Origin: an uncultured Gammaproteobacteria bacterium
GTDB taxonomy: Bacteria; Patescibacteriota; Patescibacteriia; Magasanikbacterales; UBA922
Reading direction: 5' to 3'
DNA: 64,000 bases
Assembly: GCA_964345045.1 (NCBI GenBank)
Contig: CAYFPM010000001.1
Span: 467,784-531,783, forward strand
Numbering within the stretch: position 1 is the stretch's first letter; every line of letters starts with the position of its first letter. Both the position numbers and the translations under genes were made by a program. The notes below the pieces were generated by a model that was not told the DNA's origin, made no database searches, and saw nothing but the letters and a program-made list of their open reading frames with translations. Below, piece after piece: positions 17,178-25,666 of the stretch.

Positions 17178-18287
17178 TTATTTGTATAATTCTGTATCAG
17201 GATGAGCTGCTACCCAGCTAAACCAAAAATTAGGAAAAGGATTAATTCTTTCTAAATCCCCATTTTCAAGCTTTTCAAAAATTCTGACAGCATCAATTTC
17301 CGGTTCATATTTTATCAATAAATTTTTGCCTTCAAAATTATCCTCCAATTCACCAATTCTTTTTATACTTTCTGGTAGATATGCTTTGGCTTGTCCATTT
17401 ACTACGATACCTAGTACAAAATCTTTTTGGCTTAATCTATCATCTTGCCCTCTAACCGGGAAAAATATTTCTTCTCTCGTGTAATAATCTCCATAAGGAT
17501 CTGAACCATAAAATCTAACTGCTCCAGTTTCTCTAGATAATACTTGTCCATTTTGGTGTTCTTTTTTCCATTCACCAAATTGAATTTGATCAGAAGGTAA
17601 TACTTTTAGTTCGGCTCCTGTCATTTCTCCTACTATTGCTTCTCCCAAAATTTGTGACCAATAAGAATCTGTTTTTCTGTCGTACATTACCAAGTTTGAT
17701 TGCCACAGTTTTCCACTAGTCCCAAATTCCACTCTCTCTCCTTTTACCAGTGGATCAAAAACTACTCCCGAAATACAAAGTGGGCAGTATGTTACCAGCA
17801 CTTTGTCTCCGGCAAAATCATCATTTACTATTTCGTGCCAAACCAAAATTTGGAATGGATAAAATCTATCAATCCCGTTTATGGAAACTGCTAGGCCGGG
17901 TTCTTCGTCACTCAAAAAAGTAACTTCGTCAGTGGGTATAAATTTTGGATTATCTATAGAAGGAATTCCATCTTTTGGAGGTCCTCCACCAAGAATTTCT
18001 TTTAGAGGTACGCTATGACGCAAACCATCGGTAATAAAAATTTCTTTTTGTTCTATATCTTTTTCACTTTTACTATCCAAATTTTCACCAAGATTTTTTT
18101 CTTTGACTACTACGTCAATTATTTCATTATTATCCGACTCCAAAGTTATAGTTTGGGTAATTGTTTCTGCCTCTTCGGAAACTACAAAAGACTGATTATT
18201 GTTTATGGAAACTTTGCTCAAAAAAATAAACAGTACAATAAGAAAACCAACTGCTAAAAAAACTACTGGAATTATATTTTTGTTCAT
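17178..18287 (-). CDS. DUF3179-like secreted/membrane-anchored protein
   Basis: 369 aa, N-terminal TM anchor, Y-C-P-L-C motif (VTYCPLCISG). The family assignment is from memory of the DUF3179 motif and is tentative. It lies between ccdA and msrB. Confidence 0.45.
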   Translation of the reverse strand: MNKNIIPVVFLAVGFLIVLFIFLSKVSINNNQSFVVSEEAETITQTITLESDNNEIIDVVVKEKNLGENLDSKSEKDIEQKEIFITDGLRHSVPLKEILGGGPPKDGIPSIDNPKFIPTDEVTFLSDEEPGLAVSINGIDRFYPFQILVWHEIVNDDFAGDKVLVTYCPLCISGVVFDPLVKGERVEFGTSGKLWQSNLVMYDRKTDSYWSQILGEAIVGEMTGAELKVLPSDQIQFGEWKKEHQNGQVLSRETGAVRFYGSDPYGDYYTREEIFFPVRGQDDRLSQKDFVLGIVVNGQAKAYLPESIKRIGELEDNFEGKNLLIKYEPEIDAVRIFEKLENGDLERINPFPNFWFSWVAAHPDTELYK

Positions 18288-18354
18288 ATTATGTTATTTA
18301 GGCTTATATAGATTCAGTATATTTTTTGAGTCCCGCAGGGTCAATTGTGGATAA

Positions 18355-18741
18355 TTATTGATCCTCTTTTGCAAAATTAAGTGCTACTGAATTTATACAA
18401 TATCTTTTGCCACTTTCTCCTGGACCATCGTCAAATACATGCCCCAAGTGAGAGTGACATTTACTACAAACAACTTCCACTCTGTTCATCCCCAACGAAG
18501 TGTCTTCTATAAGTTTTACAGCTTTGGAATTGAGCACATCGCTAAAGCTAGGCCAACCAGAACCAGAATCAAACTTGTCCTGGGAAGAAAAAATTACATT
18601 ATCGCAAGCCGCACATCTATAATTGCCACTTTCTTTATTGTGTAATAATTCTCCTGTAAAGGGGGTTTCTGTGCCCTTTTCCCGTAAGATTTTATAGGCT
18701 TCTGGGCTTAGTTCTTTTTTCCATTCTTCATTTGTTTTCAT
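18355..18741 (-). CDS. msrB: peptide-methionine (R)-S-oxide reductase MsrB
   Basis: 128 aa; CAAC and CSKCHSHLGHVF zinc-binding Cys pairs, GWPSF, catalytic RYCINSVAL; matches MsrB (SelR). Confidence 0.9.
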   Translation of the reverse strand: MKTNEEWKKELSPEAYKILREKGTETPFTGELLHNKESGNYRCAACDNVIFSSQDKFDSGSGWPSFSDVLNSKAVKLIEDTSLGMNRVEVVCSKCHSHLGHVFDDGPGESGKRYCINSVALNFAKEDQ

Positions 18742-18795
18742 ATGTTTTTAATGGTTAATTTTTTGCTTAAATAAGGCAAAAAAAGGGTTTTTAGT

Positions 18796-18824
18796 CTTGA
18801 CAAAAAGCTATTTTTTTGTTATAC
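18796..18824 (+). promoter_or_regulatory. consensus sigma70 promoter TTGACA-N17-TATACT
   Basis: TTGACA 18796-18801, 17-nt spacer, TATACT 18819-18824. This implies a transcript start near 18831, so the downstream ORF more likely begins at the Met at 18865. Confidence 0.55.
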
Positions 18825-18864
18825 TTCTTTGTCTTATACTAACATAAATTTAATAATCAAGCTT

Positions 18865-20400
18865 ATGTTTGGTAAAAAAAGCTTTACAAAATTAATCACT
18901 TCTCTCCTTGTACTTTTTGGAATTTTTGTAGCTGGCGAAACTTTGGCTATGGAATTGCCTTCCGGGAGCTTGGTAAAAGCAGCTGGGAATCCTTCTGTAT
19001 ATTATTTGTCAGAAAATGGAACAAAACATCAGTTTACCAACGCTCAAACTTATCATACTTGGTACAGTAATTTTAGAAAAGTAAAAAATGTAAACCAAGC
19101 AGATCTTAATTTGATAAAAAGTGGGAAAAAAGTAACAGTTCACCCTGGTTTGGCTTTGGTAAAATTTCCAAATAGTACCAAAGTCTATGCTGTAGAAACC
19201 GGAGCAACACTCCGATGGATCACTAGCGAACAAGCTGCCAAATCTTTGTATGGATACAATTGGGTAAAAAGAATTATAATCTTACCGAATTCTGACCAAG
19301 AGAATTATAGTTTTGGTAAAAATATTGTAGATTCTACAGATTACCAAAGAAACCAAAATGTTATTGATGCTAAAACTATTGATTTGGAACTAAAAAATAT
19401 CGAAAACAAAACCAAAGTTAAGGTTATCAAAAAAATTGAAAAAGATGTAAAATCCACCTACGCCAAAAGCTACGGTGTGATAAAAGAAAAACAAGTTATT
19501 AAAGATAATAAAGTATATGAACCGAGTTTGAATTATCTAAATACTGGTTTAAGCAATAATATTAATCCTAATTTTCATCCAAACTACACTTATTATAGAG
19601 TAAATGCCAAAGCCGAAGAATCCAAATTAAAACTATCATTATCCGCACAAGACCCAAAAGCCAAAATCAGCGTAAATGGACTTGAATTTATAAATGGTAC
19701 CAGTACTTATTATCCACTTAATTTTGGTAGAAATAAGATAGCCATTAAAATAACTACTAGGCAGGGTAAAACCAGAACTTATAATTTAATTGTTACTAGA
19801 GAAATATTGGAAAATAACAATTTGTTAAGCAGTCTAAACGAAAATATTTTGGATGAGCTATCCCCTGCTTTTGCACCGGGAGAAACTTATTACAAACTAC
19901 GAGCTGCCAGTCATGAACAAAGTATAGATATAAAGGCCAATACATCGGACAACAAAGCCAAAGTGTCTATAAATGGAAATGAAGTAAGATCTGGTTGGAA
20001 TTACAATCTATATTTAGAACCTGGTTTAAATATTGCTAATATCACCGTGACTGCCGAAAATGGTTCGGAGAAAAAATACAAACTAGAAATCTACAAATCA
20101 AGATTTGCCAATGCCGATGCCCTAGACTTGGATCAACTTGAAACAAGTTTAAACAAAGAATTAAGACCAAATTTTGATCCAGATAGATTAAAATATTATA
20201 TAAAGGCTAAAAGTAATGATGAAAGAATAGATATCTATGCCAGAGCTAAAAAGAATTATGCCTATGTTTATATAAATGGCCAAAAAACAGAACATAAATC
20301 CATCCGATTGTTTTATGGAAAAAATAATGTAGAGGTAATGGTAGAGCTAGATTCTGGAGAAAAAAAGGTTTATAAATTAGAAATAGAAAGACCTTTGTAA
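18865..20400 (+). CDS. secreted protein with three cadherin-like beta-sandwich repeats
   Basis: ORF from 18829; the likely start is MFGKKSF... with a signal peptide LLVLFGIFVAGETLA. Three roughly 85-aa repeats (LSxxFxPxxxxYxxxAxxxxxxIxIxAxxxDxKAKVSINGxE...GxNxIxIxVTAEnGxxKxYxLxI) match the cadherin-like beta-sandwich domain pattern. Confidence 0.6.
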   Translation: MFGKKSFTKLITSLLVLFGIFVAGETLAMELPSGSLVKAAGNPSVYYLSENGTKHQFTNAQTYHTWYSNFRKVKNVNQADLNLIKSGKKVTVHPGLALVKFPNSTKVYAVETGATLRWITSEQAAKSLYGYNWVKRIIILPNSDQENYSFGKNIVDSTDYQRNQNVIDAKTIDLELKNIENKTKVKVIKKIEKDVKSTYAKSYGVIKEKQVIKDNKVYEPSLNYLNTGLSNNINPNFHPNYTYYRVNAKAEESKLKLSLSAQDPKAKISVNGLEFINGTSTYYPLNFGRNKIAIKITTRQGKTRTYNLIVTREILENNNLLSSLNENILDELSPAFAPGETYYKLRAASHEQSIDIKANTSDNKAKVSINGNEVRSGWNYNLYLEPGLNIANITVTAENGSEKKYKLEIYKSRFANADALDLDQLETSLNKELRPNFDPDRLKYYIKAKSNDERIDIYARAKKNYAYVYINGQKTEHKSIRLFYGKNNVEVMVELDSGEKKVYKLEIERPL

Positions 20401-20416
20401 ACAAAAAGACCCAAGT

Positions 20417-20450
20417 AAAAAACTGCTCTAGAAAGAGAGCAGTTTTTTTA
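20417..20450 (+). terminator. rho-independent terminator
   Basis: ACTGCTCT-AGAAAG-AGAGCAGT hairpin followed by a T7 run immediately after the stop codon at 20400. Confidence 0.65.
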
Positions 20451-20584
20451 TTTTTATATACATGGAGATTTGTTTCTATCTTATATTGTGTGTCTAGATA
20501 AGTAAGGTCAAATCGTACTACAGCCCCCCCAACTCCCCCTATTAGGGGGAGAGTTTTTTGACGTAGTTTTTTTATTTCTATAAA

Positions 20585-21388
20585 TTATTTTTTGAAGGAA
20601 CTTATAATTACTCCCAGTATAAAAATAGTTGCCCCCAACAAAACTATAGTTGCTCCGGAAGGAAGATCAAATATATAAGAAATAATAAGCCCCAGATTTA
20701 CCAAAAAAAGTGTGGTTATTATAGAAAAAAATCTATAGGATTTAAAAGATTGGGCAAAAAGACCACTTATCGAACTAGGTATAATCAAAAGAGCGCTAAC
20801 CAGAACAATCCCTAATAATTTGATAGAAAGAACTATAGCTATAGTGACAGCTATGTACAAACTATAATCAAAAAACCAATTGGACTGTCCATGCAAATAA
20901 GCTCCCTCTGGATCGACTGTAGCAAAAGTTAATTGTCTGGAAAAAATATATAAAAACAGCAAAAGAGTCAAACCTACAATAAGAGTAAGCACAAAGTCTG
21001 TAGTATTTATTGCCAAAATATTTCCAAATAAATAACTTACTAACTCTGGTTGGTAGCCGGAATAAAAGTTTAGCAAAATTACACCCAGAGCCATACCGGA
21101 TGTAAAGAAAATTCCAATTGCAGCATCGCTGCTAATATTGGTTTTTCTCTCTACAAAAAAAATAATCGAGGCAATAGTGATAGCAGCTACCATGGCTACA
21201 TAAGTAGGCGTCCACCCTAGCAAAAGAGCCAAAGCTACTCCGGCCAGTGAGGCATGGGCAATTCCATCACCCAAAAAACTCATTTTCTTGGCGACAACAA
21301 AAATGCCCAACCAACCCAAAAGAATAGCAATAAAATTGCCTGCCAAAAAAGCTCTTTGCATAAATGGTAGTGTGAATATCTCCAGCAT
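20585..21388 (-). CDS. znuB: metal (Zn/Mn) ABC transporter permease, ZnuB/MntB-like
   Basis: ORF to 21481; the likely start is MLEIFTLPFMQRAFLAG. About 8 TM helices and the conserved GDGIAHASLAGVA region typical of ZnuB/TroC permeases. Confidence 0.8.
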   Translation of the reverse strand: MLEIFTLPFMQRAFLAGNFIAILLGWLGIFVVAKKMSFLGDGIAHASLAGVALALLLGWTPTYVAMVAAITIASIIFFVERKTNISSDAAIGIFFTSGMALGVILLNFYSGYQPELVSYLFGNILAINTTDFVLTLIVGLTLLLFLYIFSRQLTFATVDPEGAYLHGQSNWFFDYSLYIAVTIAIVLSIKLLGIVLVSALLIIPSSISGLFAQSFKSYRFFSIITTLFLVNLGLIISYIFDLPSGATIVLLGATIFILGVIISSFKK

Positions 21389-21389
21389 A

Positions 21390-22121
21390 CTATTTTTCGC
21401 AATGATGATGATAAGCTCCGGCATGATGACCGTACATTTCTTCCAAAATTTTGGCAGTAAGTACAGATTTTGGTACACCATGACAAACCAATCTTTTGTT
21501 TATACAAAGCACATGAGAAGCATATTTGAATACCATATCCAGCTCATGAGATACAATCAAAGTGGTAATCTTTTTTTCTTTTTGCAACTTTAACAACAAA
21601 TCGTAAATAGTTTGTTCTCCGGCCACATCTATATTGGCTGCCGGCTCATCCAAAATCAAAATATCTTTTTTGTGGATCAAAGCTCTGGCTACCATAAGAC
21701 GTTGAAATTGCCCCCCAGACAATTTGTTTATTTGTTTATCCCAAATATTATTAAGGTCAACATTCTCTAGAGCCTTTTTGGCAGCTTGTTCTGTTTTGTG
21801 TTCGCTATATTCACACCGGGAAAGAAGTAAAAATTCTTTAACAGTTATGGGTACTTTGGCAGCAAATACCAATTTTTGAGGAACATAACCTATATGTTCT
21901 CTTATTTCCTGAGGAGATTTGCCAAAAATTTTTACTTCACCCGAGCTAGGTTTTTCCAAACCTAAGAGTAATTTTACCAGAGTGGTTTTTCCTGCTCCAT
22001 TTGGTCCAATCATTACAACCAAAGAACCTTTTTCTACAGAAAAACTTATATCATCCAATATTGAAGTGGTTTCATACAACTTTGAAACTTTATTTACTTC
22101 TATGATTTTTTGACCACTCAT
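21390..22121 (-). CDS. znuC: metal ABC transporter ATP-binding protein, ZnuC-like
   Basis: 243 aa; Walker A GPNGAGKTT, signature LSGGQFQRL, Walker B ILILDEP; His-rich C-terminus. Confidence 0.85.
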   Translation of the reverse strand: MSGQKIIEVNKVSKLYETTSILDDISFSVEKGSLVVMIGPNGAGKTTLVKLLLGLEKPSSGEVKIFGKSPQEIREHIGYVPQKLVFAAKVPITVKEFLLLSRCEYSEHKTEQAAKKALENVDLNNIWDKQINKLSGGQFQRLMVARALIHKKDILILDEPAANIDVAGEQTIYDLLLKLQKEKKITTLIVSHELDMVFKYASHVLCINKRLVCHGVPKSVLTAKILEEMYGHHAGAYHHHCEK

Positions 22122-22130
22122 AAATGAGTT

Positions 22131-23219
22131 TTACTTTTGAGTATTGATAATGCTATTTACATTATAGTCTATCAAATCTATGTAAGTTTGTCTTTCTTTT
22201 TCCCCACCAAGAGGATCCAAGATCCCCAAGCTAACATTATTATCATTAGCAAAACTTTCCAAACTAGCTGCAGAAAATTGTGGTTCTACATACATAGCTT
22301 TTATATTTTTTTCTTCAATAATGTGTTCCAAATTAGCTAAATATTTTGGAGTAGGTTCTTTGCCTGCAAAAGGCTCAAATGTTGCCAAAATATTTAGACC
22401 AAAATGATCTGCAAAATAATCAAAAGCATCATGAAAAGTTACTAAATTCTTATTATTTACTTTTGCTATTTTTTCTTTCCATTCTTTGTTTTTTGTTTCG
22501 AGTTCATTTATAAACAAATCTCTACGAACTCTAAAATCTTTTTCCAAAGCTGGATAATCTTCGCTCAATTCTGTGTAAATAACGTTGGCTATTACTTTGG
22601 CATTATCTGGGCTAAGCCAGTAATGTGGATCGTTTTCTCCATGAGCATGCTCATGTTCGTGTTCATGATCACCTTCGTGGTCATCATGGTCTTCGTGATG
22701 AGACTCTTCATCATGATGATCTTCATGAATTTCTTCATGTTCGTGGTGGTCATGATCTGCGTGTTCTTCGTGTTCGTCTTCATGATGTTCACCTTCCTCT
22801 TCATGTTCCTCGTGATCATCATGCTCTTCAAACTCTTTCAAATTAATACTCTGGCTAAGATCAACTAGCTCGGCAGAATCTATATTGTCTACAATCTTTT
22901 CTACCCAACCATCTAGCTCTTGGCCGATCATAAAAATAGTCCCGGTTCCCTTTAAGTTTTTTAACAAACTAGGATTGACCTCAAAATAATGAGGGCTGCC
23001 GCCTGGTGGCAAAATTGAAACTACTTCCAAATCCTCTCCTCCGATTTGTCTAGTAATGTCATAGATCGGAAATATAGTAGCGGCCACTTTTGGCTTGTTT
23101 TCTTTGTTTGTTCCTTTTATCTCCTTATCTGAATCTAGATTTAAAATAGCAAATACGCCTAAGATAGTGGCTATTATAATTCCAGCAACTACAATTATTT
23201 TCTTACTTTCTTTTTTCAT
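22131..23219 (-). CDS. znuA: metal ABC transporter substrate-binding lipoprotein ZnuA-like with a roughly 60-aa His/Glu/Asp-rich loop
   Basis: ORF to 23243; the likely start is MKKESKKIIVVAG (signal). The TroA/ZnuA fold is interrupted by HDDHEEHEEEGEHHEDEHEEHADHDHHEHEEIHEDHHDEESHHEDHDDHEGDHEHEHEHAHGE, the characteristic Zn-binding His-rich loop, here unusually long. Confidence 0.85.
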   Translation of the reverse strand: MKKESKKIIVVAGIIIATILGVFAILNLDSDKEIKGTNKENKPKVAATIFPIYDITRQIGGEDLEVVSILPPGGSPHYFEVNPSLLKNLKGTGTIFMIGQELDGWVEKIVDNIDSAELVDLSQSINLKEFEEHDDHEEHEEEGEHHEDEHEEHADHDHHEHEEIHEDHHDEESHHEDHDDHEGDHEHEHEHAHGENDPHYWLSPDNAKVIANVIYTELSEDYPALEKDFRVRRDLFINELETKNKEWKEKIAKVNNKNLVTFHDAFDYFADHFGLNILATFEPFAGKEPTPKYLANLEHIIEEKNIKAMYVEPQFSAASLESFANDNNVSLGILDPLGGEKERQTYIDLIDYNVNSIINTQK

Positions 23220-23224
23220 ATTTA

Positions 23225-23596
23225 TTATGAACATTTTATACATAGTCCGGTTAGGACAAATGAATGATGAATATTTTTAAAACCTTTTATTTTTTTATCT
23301 TTAAAATCACAACCTATACAACTTGTTTTTTCACATTTTGTACAAACCACATGGTGGTGGTGTTTTTTTCCATGCTTTTCAAAATGTATTTCTCCATGAT
23401 TGGTAAAAGCCGGATGAATTAAATCTAGCTCTACCAACAAATCCAAGGTTCTATAGATTGTAACTTTGTCCAAGCTTGGCAGTTTCTGCATTAGTTCCCT
23501 AGCAGAAAACAGGCCTTCTTGACCCTCTATATAATTAATGATTGTTATCCTGTTTGTGGTTAACTTATACCCTTTTTCTTTTAATTCTTTTTTCAT
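23225..23596 (-). CDS. zur: Fur-family metalloregulator, probably Zur
   Basis: ORF to 23665; the likely start is MKKELKEKGYKLT. Winged-helix N-terminus, HHHH plus C-x2-C...C-x2-C metal sites (CTKCEKTSC, CIGC). Lies immediately upstream of znuA-znuC-znuB. Confidence 0.75.
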   Translation of the reverse strand: MKKELKEKGYKLTTNRITIINYIEGQEGLFSARELMQKLPSLDKVTIYRTLDLLVELDLIHPAFTNHGEIHFEKHGKKHHHHVVCTKCEKTSCIGCDFKDKKIKGFKNIHHSFVLTGLCIKCS

Positions 23597-23801
23597 AAGA
23601 TTTAAAAAAGCAGTGGGGATACTTTTAAAGAAGGACAAGGTGACAAACAAATTTACTCCTAGCATTTAAATCCATCCCCACCACTTTTTGTAATATAATG
23701 CAACTGAGTTTCATTGTCAACACTGCCTGTGGATAATAACTACCCTAAATCAAAATCCCAAAAATTTTTATTTATGGTATAATTATTTAAACATAAACAA
23801 A

Positions 23802-24482
23802 ATGATTAGTCTAACAAATATAACAAAACAATACACAGCAGACAGTACAGGTTTAACAGATGTACATTTGCATATAGATCATGGTGAGTTTGTCTCTGTA
23901 GTCGGCGAAAGTGGTAGTGGAAAAACTACCTTGGTTAAGCTTTTGATTGCCGAAGAAAGACCTTCTGCAGGTACTATCAATATAGGCGGCTGGGATATTA
24001 CAGACATTCCTTATAGAGATATTCCCCTACTCCGCCGACAAATTGGCGTAATTTTTCAAGATTTCAAACTTTTACCCAAAAAAACTGTTTTTGAAAATGT
24101 GGCTTTTGCTTTGCAAGTTTCCGGAGAATCTAGATCTAGAATCAAAGATATTGTTCCCAAAGTACTGGATATTGTAGGGCTGGGGCACAAAGCCGATCGT
24201 TATCCCGGGCAATTATCTGGTGGTGAACAGCAAAGAGTTGTTATAGCCAGAGCCTTGGTACATAGACCCAAGATTCTGGTGGGAGACGAACCTACAGGAA
24301 ATCTAGATTCTATAAACACCGAAGAAATTATAGAAATTTTCAAAAAAATAAACGAGTTTGGCACCACTATCTTACTAGTAACTCACAATCGAGAAGTTGT
24401 TAATAAACTAAACAAACGAGTAGTTACTATCCACGAAGGTAAAATAATTTCTGACGAAAAAAAAGGTAAATACAGATTATAA
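23802..24482 (+). CDS. ftsE: cell-division ABC ATPase FtsE
   Basis: 226 aa; Walker A GESGSGKTT, signature LSGGEQQRV, Walker B LVGDEPTGNLD; followed directly by ftsX. Confidence 0.9.
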   Translation: MISLTNITKQYTADSTGLTDVHLHIDHGEFVSVVGESGSGKTTLVKLLIAEERPSAGTINIGGWDITDIPYRDIPLLRRQIGVIFQDFKLLPKKTVFENVAFALQVSGESRSRIKDIVPKVLDIVGLGHKADRYPGQLSGGEQQRVVIARALVHRPKILVGDEPTGNLDSINTEEIIEIFKKINEFGTTILLVTHNREVVNKLNKRVVTIHEGKIISDEKKGKYRL

Positions 24483-24484
24483 TT

Positions 24485-25393
24485 ATGTTAACTTTTTTAA
24501 GAGTTTGTAAATTTGCTGTTCAAGATATTATTCGTAATATCAGTTTGTCACTCATGACAATACTTATTTTAATTTTAATGCTTTTGTCAGTTAATACTCT
24601 TTTTATAATTAGATTTTTGACTATAGAAGCTACTCACACTATAAAAGATCAGATAGATGTGAGTGTATTTTTTTCTCATACTGCTACCGAAGCACAGATA
24701 ACCGAAGTAAAAAATTATATAAATTCTTTTCCAGAAGTAACTGAACTAAAAGAACAATCTAGAGAAGAAGTTCTTAACCAATTTAAAGAACAATACAAAG
24801 ACAATCCAGACATAGTAGCCTCTATAGAAGAATTGGGTGAAAACCCACTTGGCCCTACTATGATTGTAAAAACTCGTCGTCCGGATGATTATCACAAGAT
24901 TATAAAATCTTTAGATGTGCCAGAATACCAAAGAGTGGTAGTAGCCAAAACATTTGCCAATAGTGAGCAAGCTATCGCTAGGATAAACACCATAACTACT
25001 CAGGTAGAAAAATTTAGCATAGCTCTAACAACCTTATTTGCTATTATTGCCTTTTTAATTATTTTCAACACTATTCGCGTAGCTATTTATACTCACAGAA
25101 TTGAAATAAGTATAAAGAGGCTGGTTGGGGCTACTAACTGGTTTATCCGCACTCCCTATATCATAGAATCCTTTATTTTTACCTTTATTAGTATTGGAAT
25201 TACCATGCTTTTGCTCTTCTTGGCTACCCGTTTTCTAGATCCGTTTATAGCAGTTTTGTTCGATAAATCCAGCTTATTGACAAATTACTACATTTCTAAT
25301 ATAATCATGCTGTTCGGTTTGCAGTTTTTGGCAGTTTTGGTGCTAACCGTAGTCTCTAGCTCTCTAGCTATGAGAAGGCATTTGAGAGTCTAA
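24485..25393 (+). CDS. ftsX: cell-division permease FtsX
   Basis: 302 aa; N-terminal TM, large periplasmic domain, three C-terminal TM helices; position after ftsE. Confidence 0.85.
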   Translation: MLTFLRVCKFAVQDIIRNISLSLMTILILILMLLSVNTLFIIRFLTIEATHTIKDQIDVSVFFSHTATEAQITEVKNYINSFPEVTELKEQSREEVLNQFKEQYKDNPDIVASIEELGENPLGPTMIVKTRRPDDYHKIIKSLDVPEYQRVVVAKTFANSEQAIARINTITTQVEKFSIALTTLFAIIAFLIIFNTIRVAIYTHRIEISIKRLVGATNWFIRTPYIIESFIFTFISIGITMLLLFLATRFLDPFIAVLFDKSSLLTNYYISNIIMLFGLQFLAVLVLTVVSSSLAMRRHLRV

Positions 25394-25428
25394 GTTATTG
25401 CACTTAGTAAACTCTAACTCAAATACAT

Positions 25429-25499
25429 TCGGGGGTCGTCTAATGGTAGGACTCCAGGTTTTGGTCCTGGCTATCGGGGTTCGAATCCCTGCCCCCGAG
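25429..25499 (+). tRNA. tRNA-Gln(UUG)
   Basis: Hand-folded cloverleaf: acceptor TCGGGGG/CCCCCGA (U1-A72), D arm GTCT-AATGGTA-GGAC, anticodon stem CCAGG/CCTGG with loop TTTTGGT (anticodon TTG), T arm CGGGG-TTCGAAT-CCCTG, discriminator G. Confidence 0.7.
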
Positions 25500-25552
25500 C
25501 GAAGCTAAGTAAACTAAGTTTTCTAGGTTTACTGAGTTGCTCAAGTTATTTA

Positions 25553-25581
25553 TTGACGGCCAGTTTTTTTCTTGTTAAACT
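25553..25581 (+). promoter_or_regulatory. candidate promoter TTGACG-N17-TAAACT upstream of the intron-containing tRNA
   Basis: -35 TTGACG 25553-25558, 17-nt spacer, -10 TAAACT 25576-25581; about 85 nt upstream of the tRNA 5' end. Confidence 0.3.
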
Positions 25582-25666
25582 GTTCACGTTTACATATTAT
25601 TTGTATAACAAAATAACTTAGACAACTCAGTTTACTTATATTGTAACTTAGTAAACTTAGATATAT

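Noticed and set aside
22592-22868. Three overlapping ORFs (His-rich HEHAHV..., and Met/Phe-rich MFVFMITF...)
   Set aside because: Alternative frames and strands of the low-complexity CAT/GAA repeat that encodes the ZnuA His-rich loop.
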